Source: Candidatus Babeliales bacterium
GTDB lineage: Bacteria; Babelota; Babeliae; Babelales; JBFXEV01
Direction: 5' to 3'
Length of the DNA stretch: 64,000 nucleotides
Assembly: GCA_963716425.1 (NCBI GenBank)
Contig: OY970310.1
Coordinates: 1,110,769 to 1,174,768, forward strand
Shown: piece after piece, positions 9,784 to 18,575 of the stretch
Position numbering within the stretch: position 1 is the stretch's first letter
Layout of the letters: each line of letters begins with the position of its first letter
Notes under the pieces: generated by a model
The model's input: only the letters and a program-made list of their open reading frames with translations
Databases searched by the model: none
Told to the model about the DNA's origin: nothing
Program-made: the position numbers and the translations under genes

Positions 9784-11580
9784 ATGAAAGATAGCTCAAA
9801 GCTTCGTAATATAGCCATTATCGCACACGTTGACCATGGCAAGACAACTCTTGTGGACCAATTGTTAACCCAGTCAGGCACACTTACTGAAGTTGCTGAG
9901 CGTGTTATGGATTCCAACGTTCTTGAAAGAGAGCGTGGTATTACTATTTTGGCAAAACAAACTGGTATTCGTTTTAACAATCATGCAATTAACATTGTTG
10001 ATACACCGGGTCACAGTGACTTTGGTGGTGAAGTTGAGCGAACGCTCCAAATGGTAGAAGGGTTTCTTCTTCTGGTTGATGCTGCAGAAGGAGTGCTACC
10101 TGGTACTCGTTTTGTGCTTAAAAAAGCATTAGAGCTCAATCTTTCACCCATAGTATTTATTAATAAAATTGATCGTAAAGATGCTGATATTGAAAGAACG
10201 GAATCTTCTATACAAGATTTGTTTTTAGATTTGGCAACAAATGATTCTCAGCTTAATTACCCCGTGCTTTATGGTTCTGGAAGACAAGGCTTTGCAGGAT
10301 TTGATTCTAAAGCAACGTCTGGTGATATGACCCCACTTCTTGAAACTATTATTGAAAAAATTCCTGCACCAACACCAAAGAGTGCGCATTTGCAAATCTT
10401 AGTCACCAGTTTGGACAACTCTGACTTTTTAGGCCTTATTGCCATTGGCCGGGTATTTAGCGGTTCATTAAAGGTTGGTGATCAATTTACGCTTTGTAAA
10501 GATGATAAAGTAAGCCGCCCTATGAAGTCTACTAAGTTATATACGTTCATTGGCCTTGATCGCTGTGAAACTGAAGAAATTGGCGTTGGTGATATTATTG
10601 CCATGACTGGTTTTACCGAACCAGTTTCTATTGGTACCACGTTATGCCAGCCTGACTTTCCAGCACCGTATCCATACGTTACTGTTGATGAGCCTACGCT
10701 TTCTATGTTCGTTTCTGTCAACGATTCCCCTTTTAACGGGCGTGAAGGCAAGCTGCTGACATCTCGTCAAATTAAAGAACGTCTTGAAAAAGAACTTAAA
10801 ACTAACGTGGCATTGCGTGTGGAACCAACTGATTCTCCTGAAACGTTTAAGATCTCTGGTCGTGGACAGCTTCATTTGGGTATTTTGATGGAAAACATGC
10901 GCCGTGAAGGGTTTGAGTTGCAACTTTCTGCCCCTGAAGTTATTTATAAAATGGTTGATGGTAAAAAGTATGAACCAATTGAGCACGTGATCGTTGATGT
11001 TGATCAAGCATACCAAGGTATTGTTATTGAACGACTTGGCATCAAAAAAGCGCAACTTAAAGACATGCAAATGTATGATGATGGCCGTTGCCGTTTGGAA
11101 TTTGAAGTACCTTCACGCGGTCTTATGGGCTTTAAAAGCCAATTTATGACAGATACGCGTGGTACGGGGTTATTGAACTTCCAATTTGCAGGATATGAAC
11201 CATATAAAGGTGATATTCCCATACGGATTAAAGGTGCGCTTGTTTCTATGGAAAATGGCGCTGTTACTGCATATGCCCTTGATACGCTTAAAGAACGCGG
11301 TATTCTCTTTGTGGAACCGACTGATAAGGTATATGAGGGTCAGATTGTTGGCGAACATAGCCGTGATAATGATTTAACGGTAAATCCGTGTAAACTTAAG
11401 AAACTTTCTAATATGCGTTCTTCCGGTACTGATGATGCTGTGCAATTGGCACCCGTTCGTAAGTTGGAACTAGAAAAATGTATGGAATGGATTCGTCCGG
11501 ATGAATTAATTGAGATTACTCCGTTATCAATTCGATTACGTAAAAAGGTTCTCAAGGAAACGTTCCGTAGAAAGAACTAA
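9784..11580 (+). CDS. typA: translational GTPase TypA/BipA
   Basis: 598 aa. [34 protein letters not shown] and NKIDR GTPase motifs, with BipA-length C-terminus. Confidence 0.95.
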   Translation: MKDSSKLRNIAIIAHVDHGKTTLVDQLLTQSGTLTEVAERVMDSNVLERERGITILAKQTGIRFNNHAINIVDTPGHSDFGGEVERTLQMVEGFLLLVDAAEGVLPGTRFVLKKALELNLSPIVFINKIDRKDADIERTESSIQDLFLDLATNDSQLNYPVLYGSGRQGFAGFDSKATSGDMTPLLETIIEKIPAPTPKSAHLQILVTSLDNSDFLGLIAIGRVFSGSLKVGDQFTLCKDDKVSRPMKSTKLYTFIGLDRCETEEIGVGDIIAMTGFTEPVSIGTTLCQPDFPAPYPYVTVDEPTLSMFVSVNDSPFNGREGKLLTSRQIKERLEKELKTNVALRVEPTDSPETFKISGRGQLHLGILMENMRREGFELQLSAPEVIYKMVDGKKYEPIEHVIVDVDQAYQGIVIERLGIKKAQLKDMQMYDDGRCRLEFEVPSRGLMGFKSQFMTDTRGTGLLNFQFAGYEPYKGDIPIRIKGALVSMENGAVTAYALDTLKERGILFVEPTDKVYEGQIVGEHSRDNDLTVNPCKLKKLSNMRSSGTDDAVQLAPVRKLELEKCMEWIRPDELIEITPLSIRLRKKVLKETFRRKN

Positions 11581-11610
11581 TCGACCGCTCATCCTGAGCC
11601 TGTCGAAGGG
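11581..11610 (-). repeat. short form of dispersed REP-like element (inverted orientation)
   Basis: The reverse complement reads CCCTTCGACAGGCTCAGGATGAGCGGTCGA. It shares CCTTCGA...CTCAGG..GAGCGGT with the copies at 17273, 22058, 61035 and 61161. Confidence 0.5.
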
Positions 11611-11620
11611 TAAGATATTC

Positions 11621-11662
11621 AAGCTGCTCATTTTTTGAAAATAGAAATGAGCAGCTTTTTTA
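11621..11662 (+). terminator. Rho-independent terminator of typA
   Basis: AAGCTGCTCATTT-(loop)-AAATGAGCAGCTT perfect 13-bp stem followed by TTTTTATT. Confidence 0.7.
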
Positions 11663-11988
11663 TTAAAGACCCTGTTTTTGTTTTGCACTTTCTTGTGCTT
11701 CATAGAGTTTAGCAAGTTCTTCAAAATGCCATTTGGGTACCGCAAAAGGCATCACTACTCCGTTGCTGAGAGTAGATCCATAGTGCTTTTCTGTTCCTTT
11801 ATTATACTGCGCGAGTTCAATTTCTTTGTATGCTGGAGGCACTAGTCGCTTGTAAGTAATATCATATTCTGTTTCCTCTCTTGTGATTTTAGGTGGGATT
11901 TGCATGGTATACAGACTTGTTGATTGCAAAAGTATAAAAGTTACATATTGTGTAATATGTCTGACCTGCTGAGTTTGTGTATTCATAT
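11663..11988 (-). CDS. hypothetical protein
   Basis: Internal start MNTQTQQV at 11988 is preceded by AGGA (aaAGGAatcaatATG). The longer track ORF to 12091 runs through a palindromic AT-rich stretch. Confidence 0.4.
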
Positions 11989-12144
11989 TGATTCCTTTCA
12001 AGCTATTCATTTTCATGAAAATAAAAGCGAGCAGCTTTTTTGTAAAGTTAAAAGAGCTTATTTCATTGATTTTTTCCCTAAATAATGGCATTTTGAATAT
12101 GAATAAATGTTATGAGAAGTTGTTGATCAAATTATAAAGAATTA

Positions 12145-13458
12145 ATGCGTAACTTACTATTATTTATCTATTGCGTATGCCCTCAATTTATCTTTGGTAT
12201 GGATTTGCCTTCGGCAAGTTCAATAAGAGCACAGGAGAAAGCTTCTGAGGAGCGGGTGGAACCTAGATCGCTGTGCAAGTATTTCAAAATTTCTGAGCGA
12301 ACTCCTGGTGATATTAAAAATTTATTTGTGCAAGAAATTGTTGGTGCTGGTGGGTGGTGGTATAAAAATGCAACGTTGCCGCAGGAAGATGAGGTATATG
12401 GGGTAGCATTCCATTCACAAGGCAAGATAGTAGCAACAGCATCAAAAAACAAAACAGTATGTTTCTGGGATATGAAAGGTAATAAATCGAATACATTACA
12501 GCATAGTGCTTGTGTTAATGCAGTAGCATCTCACCCACATTGGAATAGAGTAGCAACAGCGTCTGATGATGGAACTGCATGTGTGTGGAATCTGCAGGGT
12601 AAGAAATTGCATACATTATTGCATAATGCTGCAGTAAATGCGGTAACGTTTCATGCACAAGGGAATATGGTAGCAACAGCATCAAATGATTGTAGAGCAT
12701 GTTTGTGGGATCCGGAGGGTAAGAAATTGCAGACATTACAGCATGATGCTTCAGTAACTGCAATAGAATTTCAGTCACAAGGTGATACGGTAGCAACAGC
12801 ATCAAATGTGAAAGTATGGTTGTGGGGTCTGGATGGTACTAAACGGTATGCATTGCCGCATGGTAGTCTCATTAATGCAATAGCATCTCATCCACAAGAG
12901 AATATGATAGCAACAGCATCAGATGATTATACAGCATATTTATGGGATTTAAAGGGTAATATATTGCATGCCTTGCGCACATTGCGTCGATTGCGGCATA
13001 GTGGCCGTGTGAGTGGAGTAGCGTTTCATCCACAAGGCAATATTATAGCAACAGCATCACAAGATAAAACAGTCTGTTTGTGGGATATAAAGGGTAATAA
13101 ATTGCGTGTATTGCGGCACGATGGTTGGGTGCGTGCAGTAGTATTTCATCTACAAGGCAATATATTAGTAACAGCATCAGATGATAAGACAGTATGTTTC
13201 TGGGCTCTGCATTCAAATCCAACATTGGAACAAGTGTTATTGCGCCAAGTGCTTAAAAATTACTTACTTGAATGTATTGAACATCGCCAAAAACCAGAAG
13301 TGACTTGTACAAATAAAGATGATATGGTGCCTTGGATGGCACAGAAATTTAATCTTAAACAAGATGAGTTGAATAACGTGTGGAAAACTTTTCCACTTAG
13401 AGAAAAAATGAGCATTGTAGCAACTTTATTACACCGAGCGAGTCAAATTGCAAAGTAA
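12145..13458 (+). CDS. secreted WD40 (seven-blade) repeat protein with family-specific C-terminal domain
   Basis: Leader MRNLLLFIYCVCPQFIFGMD. Seven approx 40-aa repeats of the form H.QG..VATAS.D.T...WD..G..L. C-terminal TLEQVLLRQVLKNYLLECIEHRQKPE..MVPWMAQKFNLKQDELNNVW. Confidence 0.85.
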   Translation: MRNLLLFIYCVCPQFIFGMDLPSASSIRAQEKASEERVEPRSLCKYFKISERTPGDIKNLFVQEIVGAGGWWYKNATLPQEDEVYGVAFHSQGKIVATASKNKTVCFWDMKGNKSNTLQHSACVNAVASHPHWNRVATASDDGTACVWNLQGKKLHTLLHNAAVNAVTFHAQGNMVATASNDCRACLWDPEGKKLQTLQHDASVTAIEFQSQGDTVATASNVKVWLWGLDGTKRYALPHGSLINAIASHPQENMIATASDDYTAYLWDLKGNILHALRTLRRLRHSGRVSGVAFHPQGNIIATASQDKTVCLWDIKGNKLRVLRHDGWVRAVVFHLQGNILVTASDDKTVCFWALHSNPTLEQVLLRQVLKNYLLECIEHRQKPEVTCTNKDDMVPWMAQKFNLKQDELNNVWKTFPLREKMSIVATLLHRASQIAK

Positions 13459-13580
13459 AGTTCAGTTATTTGTTGCATGGAAGATAACATCTCTTATTGT
13501 TTTAAGGGATTATGTACTTTTTGGGCCGATATAGAGCTTTGCAAAAAAAATATTTACTTTTAATTTCCGAAAAATAATAC

Positions 13581-14897
13581 ATGTTCATGATAAAAAATAA
13601 CTTTCTTTCAACTTTGATTCTCATTCATATTTTTTACATACAGTGTCTCTTTGGCATGGATGAGATATGTAAGGCGCCAGACGACCAGAAGAAATCTTTC
13701 ACATTGCAGACATATTACAAAAACGCGTTGCCAGGTTGCTTAGAAGCAGTGATTGAAGATGGTAAGTTTAGTCATTGGTTTCAAGCCGGCACTTATCCAC
13801 ATACATCTGCTGTTAAAGCCGTTGCTTTATTGCCCAGTGGTGATGTGCTTGTAACAGGAGCTGACGATGGCATTGTACGTTTATGGAACCTTCATAAGAG
13901 AAAATTAATCACTGCAATGCAACATGGCTCGAGTGTAAAATCCGTACTATTTAATCAAGAGGGTACTCGGCTTGGCGCAGTTTCTCGTGCGAAGGCTGCA
14001 GTATGGGATCTGGAGGGCAGGGGTATTTTTACAATACCTCTCTTAGATGGGGAAATTTCTGGGTTTGCATTTGTACCGATGCAAGATAAGGTAGCTTTGT
14101 CGGCAAGGGGTGGATCAACTGTAGAATTATTTAGCTTTGATGGTGAGCGTGAAACAGTTCATAATATTTCAGGCCATCAGATTGTTAATTTTTCCTATAA
14201 CGTGCAAGGCACAAAATTAGCTGTAGCTGTTCGTGGTAAAAGGATAGGGGTGATGGTAGCTGATTTAATACATGAAAAATGGACTGTTTTCCCACAGAAG
14301 GGTACGGGGGATGTAGACTTACAGTTCAATCCTCAGGATGAAAACGTATTGATGGTAGCATCTGAGACAGCACCCGGAAACAAAAGATTTCAAACGTGGG
14401 ATCTTGAGAATAAAGAACCTATAGAAACAGAAGCAGATTATAACCTTATTTCTGCGTTTCTTTGTTATCCAAATGGTCGCGATTGTGCTACTATTTCTCC
14501 AGATAGAAAGCAAGTAACCTTGTGGCAAGCTTGCCGGGAAATTATTTTGGAATGTGATGGTGCGGTCAATGGGCTTGCAATGTGTTCTAAGGGCCGCGTG
14601 CTTGCTACAGCGTGTGAAAATAATACAGTAGTTATCTGGAATCGATACAAAGGTCTTGATTTAGCCCTTGTGCGTGAGATTTTGCGTCAACATGTAACTA
14701 AGTGTAAAAATATGGAAATAGAACCACATATACCGGCAGATAAAGATAGATTGATGCCATGGTTGGCAGAAACTTTTAATATTAATCAAGTAGAACTTGA
14801 TCTTATTTGGAATACCGTGCCAGATAAGATGAAAATAGGTAATTTAGATTGGTTAGTAAAGTTTGATCTTGAGGAGTCGCACGATGATACAGAATAA
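13581..14897 (+). CDS. secreted beta-propeller (divergent WD40) protein, same C-terminal domain family
   Basis: Leader ...IQCLFGMD. WD-like blades (LVTGADDGIVRLWNL, LATACENNTVVIWN). C-terminal LVREILRQHVTKCKNMEIEPH..LMPWLAETFNINQVELDLIW. Confidence 0.7.
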   Translation: MFMIKNNFLSTLILIHIFYIQCLFGMDEICKAPDDQKKSFTLQTYYKNALPGCLEAVIEDGKFSHWFQAGTYPHTSAVKAVALLPSGDVLVTGADDGIVRLWNLHKRKLITAMQHGSSVKSVLFNQEGTRLGAVSRAKAAVWDLEGRGIFTIPLLDGEISGFAFVPMQDKVALSARGGSTVELFSFDGERETVHNISGHQIVNFSYNVQGTKLAVAVRGKRIGVMVADLIHEKWTVFPQKGTGDVDLQFNPQDENVLMVASETAPGNKRFQTWDLENKEPIETEADYNLISAFLCYPNGRDCATISPDRKQVTLWQACREIILECDGAVNGLAMCSKGRVLATACENNTVVIWNRYKGLDLALVREILRQHVTKCKNMEIEPHIPADKDRLMPWLAETFNINQVELDLIWNTVPDKMKIGNLDWLVKFDLEESHDDTE

Positions 14898-15065
14898 TTT
14901 GTTTTGTATGATTCTATTCACTTTTATTTTTTGTGGGCAATTACTATTGGTGTGCTGAATGGGTGGCATCTGGCTTTTTGGAAATTGCAGAACCTTCACG
15001 TAAGGGTAGAATGTATAAGCTTGCAAAAAAGATGAACCATTGCTGAGTGAGGTTGTAAAATTATC

Positions 15066-16529
15066 ATGACACAATATCGCCGCTTTTTAATATTTTTATC
15101 TTTTATGAGTGTGTCTCTTTCTGCTATGGACAGCAATCTTGCAAGAAGGTTTCATTATCATTATGATGGCACCACTTCTTATCAAGACCTTCTGCCACCC
15201 ACACAACCTACGCGCAGAACAAAAAAGCCTACCCTACTATTTGAGTATTTTGGACTTCCTGAATCCTATGCGCAAAGTGCTGCAGTGAATGCAAAGCAAG
15301 TTATTGTAGAAAAGATATTGAATGCCCAGCCTATTTGGCGTAAGAAAATAACAATCTGCCATCAAGATGTTCATAGTGTTGTCTATAGTAATGATGGCCG
15401 CACGATTGTGACTGCAGGAAGTGATAATGCTGTCTGTTTGGCAGATCAGGCTGGAAGAATTATTACAACAAAGAAATATCATCAGGGATTATTAAGGGAT
15501 GCAGTATTTCACCCAACTGATCAAAGTCTTATTGTTTGTTTAGATCAAGTATTTGATAAAATTGATGCTCAAGGTAAAACATTAAAAACAATTCGCACAG
15601 GATTGGATCCTATAAAATGTGCGGTGAATGCAAAGAAAAATGAATTGGTAGCTATTGATGGGCATGGACTCCTTAAAGTCTGGTCGCTTTCTGGTGGAAT
15701 GCCTTTTGAGAAGAAGTTTGATATGCAAGCCGTGTTCGATCTTGCGTGCCATGACTCAGGTGATCTCTTTGCGGTAGTGAGCGGTGGTGTACAGCTTTTT
15801 GAAAGAAGTACCGGGCAACTAGTTAATTTGCCACATGCTGCTCTCGTAAAAGCTGCAGCGTTTCAACCTTGCGGCAATATGCTTGTTACCGGTTCTGAGG
15901 ATGGATTATTGACCTTATGGAAACAAAAGAAAGCCGATGCGAAGAAATCACTTAGTACGTTGGATTGGGAGGTTACAAAGATTATTCCTAATGAAAAACG
16001 TTTTCCAACAATTGACCTGGTCCAATTTCACCCGCGAGGCCACTTATTTGCTACATTGCATTCTGCATGGAATAGAATAACATTATGGGATAGTATGGGT
16101 AATAGTATTATCAAAATTCCGCATACAAATGGCATGCGATCTCTTGCTTTTCATCCAAACAATCATGAATTTGCCGTTGGACATCAGCCTGGTACGCCCG
16201 TTGTCTTATGGCAGCAGGAAAAGTTTCCCACGTTAGAGCAAGTTCTGTTACGATTAATTTTGAAGCAATATATTATCAAATGTGTAGCGGCAAGAAGAAA
16301 ACCGGGCTTTCCTTCAAATGCATCAACAGATAAATTTATCGACTGGATGTGTGACTGGTTTTATCTGGAAAAAGAGACACTTCTCAAGGTGTGGAATACT
16401 TTCTCTGAGAAACAACGGGTTATTATTGGAAGAACGTATGCAGAACATGCACGCAACGTTGCGGATACGGTACAACGGAGAGCAGATTATGAGAGATATA
16501 ACTGCACAAGAATGAATAATGAACTATAA
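15066..16529 (+). CDS. secreted beta-propeller (divergent WD40) protein, same C-terminal domain family
   Basis: Leader MTQYRRFLIFLSFMSVSLSAMD. Blades such as IVTAGSDNAVCLAD and LVTGSEDGLLTLWK. C-terminal TLEQVLLRLILKQYIIKCVAARRKPG..FIDWMCDWFYLEKETLLKVW. Confidence 0.7.
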   Translation: MTQYRRFLIFLSFMSVSLSAMDSNLARRFHYHYDGTTSYQDLLPPTQPTRRTKKPTLLFEYFGLPESYAQSAAVNAKQVIVEKILNAQPIWRKKITICHQDVHSVVYSNDGRTIVTAGSDNAVCLADQAGRIITTKKYHQGLLRDAVFHPTDQSLIVCLDQVFDKIDAQGKTLKTIRTGLDPIKCAVNAKKNELVAIDGHGLLKVWSLSGGMPFEKKFDMQAVFDLACHDSGDLFAVVSGGVQLFERSTGQLVNLPHAALVKAAAFQPCGNMLVTGSEDGLLTLWKQKKADAKKSLSTLDWEVTKIIPNEKRFPTIDLVQFHPRGHLFATLHSAWNRITLWDSMGNSIIKIPHTNGMRSLAFHPNNHEFAVGHQPGTPVVLWQQEKFPTLEQVLLRLILKQYIIKCVAARRKPGFPSNASTDKFIDWMCDWFYLEKETLLKVWNTFSEKQRVIIGRTYAEHARNVADTVQRRADYERYNCTRMNNEL

Positions 16530-17259
16530 ATTTGTTGTTGCCTTTGACGGCACTGGTTTTTCTGGTTGGGCCAAGCAACCACATAAAAATTCAATTGATG
16601 ATACGTTACATGATGCATTTGTGCGCTCCTTTGGAGCAGAGCCAAAAATTATTGGTGCATCACGAACAGATGCGGGCGTGCATGCGCTGGGCCAGGTTGT
16701 GCTACTCAAAACAGAGCTTGCGTTAAAGCCAGAAGATATTAAGGCGGCCATGAGCAACTTATTGCCGGAGTCAATTCTTATTCGTTCTATTGATGTAGCA
16801 CCAGAAAAATTTCATCCCTTTTACAATGTGGATTATAAGATCTATTGGTATCACATCTTTCCAGAACGACCACTGCCTTTCTTTGCACGCTATGGCTGGT
16901 ATTATGAATGGCCCATTGATATCGAAAAGCTCAAGCTATGCTTAAAGATTTTTGAAGGGACGCATGATTTTAGATCATTTTCATCTGGGTGGCAGCGCGA
17001 GAATACGGTCCGTACTATTGATTCAATTAACGTTCATTATATTAAACGATATAATGTATACAGAATTGAGTTGGTGGGAGAGAAATTTTTGCAGCACATG
17101 CTCAGGCGCGTTGTGGGAGCATGTGTGAAGGTGGCAGCAACACAGCATTTATCGTGTGATACGCTTCGAGAGGCCTTAGCACAAGAACATCCACGTCAAC
17201 TATTGCCAAATGCCCCAGCTCAAGGATTATTATTATACAAGATACGATATAATGAATAA
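16519..17259 (+). CDS. truA: tRNA pseudouridine(38-40) synthase TruA
   Basis: 246 aa. Catalytic motif GASRTDAGVHALGQV. Overlaps the upstream gene by 11 nt. Confidence 0.92.
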   Translation: MNYKFVVAFDGTGFSGWAKQPHKNSIDDTLHDAFVRSFGAEPKIIGASRTDAGVHALGQVVLLKTELALKPEDIKAAMSNLLPESILIRSIDVAPEKFHPFYNVDYKIYWYHIFPERPLPFFARYGWYYEWPIDIEKLKLCLKIFEGTHDFRSFSSGWQRENTVRTIDSINVHYIKRYNVYRIELVGEKFLQHMLRRVVGACVKVAATQHLSCDTLREALAQEHPRQLLPNAPAQGLLLYKIRYNE

Positions 17260-17272
17260 GTTTCCACTCAAA

Positions 17273-17318
17273 CACTTCGATACATTTTTCCGGTGGAAAA
17301 ACACTCAGTGTGAGCGGT
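17273..17318 (+). repeat. REP-like dispersed element (long form with internal hairpin)
   Basis: CACTTCGATACATTTTTCCGGTGGAAAAACACTCAGTGTGAGCGGT. The internal stem TTTTTCC-GGT-GGAAAAA corresponds to TTTTCCC-CAT-GGGAAAA in the 61035 copy. The stem sequence differs but pairing is kept. Confidence 0.6.
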
Positions 17319-17343
17319 GGCAGAAAATGTTTCGGAGAAAAAC

Positions 17344-17943
17344 ATGAATATATTTAAATCAAGAGTGTTTCAATTTACTTTGCTTCTTGCAGCGCTTGCA
17401 GGTATTGCCGGCACTATTTTGTATATTAGCCAAAAAGAAGAAGAAGCAATTGTTAGTACCCCTTCGCAAGCCACTAAAGGTGAGATTCTCGATTTTAGCT
17501 ATGATCGTGATCATGACTATATTAATTCAGTGTTTGCCAGTGATGAAAACTGGTATTGGTTAGTAGAGGGCACCCGGGAAGATTTTTCTCCCGAAGAGAT
17601 GATGCAAACCATGAGCTCTGCACGCTATCCGGGATCTCCAAAGAATCTTATTATTAAGATGCTCTATGTTGATGGCAAACCGGTAGGGTTCTTAGCATAT
17701 TACATGAAGAACTTCTATTTGGGCAAAATTCGCTTTGTATTTGTTGATCCAGCCGAACGGGGAGCAGGCTACGGCGCTCAATTAGTCAATTATGCAATAA
17801 ATGATTTAAAGGCTCATGGCGCTACCAAAATAGCGCTCATTACCCGTTCAACCAATTTGGCTGCTCAGAAAATTTACAAAAAAGCTGGGTTTGAAACTGA
17901 GAAATCGCCTGAGGGGTTTGCGAATTTTTCCAAGATTCTCTAA
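17344..17943 (+). CDS. GNAT-family N-acetyltransferase with N-terminal TM anchor
   Basis: ATG at 17344 (MNIFKSRVFQFTLLLAALAGIAGTILYI). Acetyl-CoA motif VDPAERGAGYGAQLVNYAINDL and KIYKKAGFE. Confidence 0.8.
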   Translation: MNIFKSRVFQFTLLLAALAGIAGTILYISQKEEEAIVSTPSQATKGEILDFSYDRDHDYINSVFASDENWYWLVEGTREDFSPEEMMQTMSSARYPGSPKNLIIKMLYVDGKPVGFLAYYMKNFYLGKIRFVFVDPAERGAGYGAQLVNYAINDLKAHGATKIALITRSTNLAAQKIYKKAGFETEKSPEGFANFSKIL

Positions 17944-18006
17944 AACTTGCCAAATAGTCATTCAGAGCATACACTAAAGCTATCCGATTCATTCGTGTAG
18001 TTGTAT

Positions 18007-18036
18007 ATGCGCGTTATACCGCGCATTCTATTTTTT
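18007..18036 (+). terminator. Rho-independent terminator candidate
   Basis: ATGCGCG-ttatac-CGCGCAT stem followed by tctaTTTTTT. Confidence 0.6.
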
Positions 18037-18052
18037 AAAGGGTATCCATAAT

Positions 18053-18481
18053 ATGTGTTATGATTGTGATTTTGATAAACAGGTATTGAGCAGGCTTAAG
18101 TTCCATATTATGTGTGGGCCGATTGCTCAATCTCGTGTGATCCAAGGGCCGCTTGCAGATAAGATCAAGCAACTAATAGAGGAGTGCGCAGCAGAGAATC
18201 AGTGGCAACTTGAAGAAGTTGCAATCCATGATAACCTGGTGCATATAGTTCTTGAACTACCGCACACGATCAGTCTTGATGCAGCGATGAAAATCCTCAA
18301 GACGTTCACCAATAAAGGTCTGAAGGCCGCATTTCCAAATTATGAAGAATTTGGCCAACCTGCAGGTTTTTGGGCAGAAGGCTATTTTGCGCAAACACTT
18401 GATGGCTTTACTTCTGAAGAAGACTTTTTGGAATTTATCTCTGGCACTGAAGACGCGGAAGATGAATCAGAAGAAGAATAG
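18053..18481 (+). CDS. IS200/IS605-type TnpA (Y1 HUH transposase) homolog, apparently catalytically dead, with acidic tail
   Basis: By eye it is collinear with IS608-type TnpA: FHIMCGP.. (cf YHIVWCPKYRR), NLVHIVLELP (cf DHIHIL), LKTFTNKGLKAAFP, FWAEGYFAQTLDG (cf LWTNSCFISTVGG), EDFLEFISG (cf VVKQYIENQ). Confidence 0.7.
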   Translation: MCYDCDFDKQVLSRLKFHIMCGPIAQSRVIQGPLADKIKQLIEECAAENQWQLEEVAIHDNLVHIVLELPHTISLDAAMKILKTFTNKGLKAAFPNYEEFGQPAGFWAEGYFAQTLDGFTSEEDFLEFISGTEDAEDESEEE

Positions 18482-18575
18482 TAAATACTTGTTTTTACAA
18501 GGCATAGTAGAGTACATTGATTTTTGTAAAACCTATGGCATGGTATATTAACCTAAACGGACTGAAGGTTGTAGA

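Noticed and set aside
10482-11555. Several minus-strand ORFs (62-142 aa) within typA
   Set aside because: They are antisense shadows of a highly conserved GTPase gene, with no independent coding signal.
18053-18481. An active IS200/IS605 insertion sequence
   Set aside because: There is no tnpB and no recognisable subterminal hairpin ends, and both the HUH motif and the catalytic Tyr appear substituted. It is treated as a domesticated or relic gene instead.
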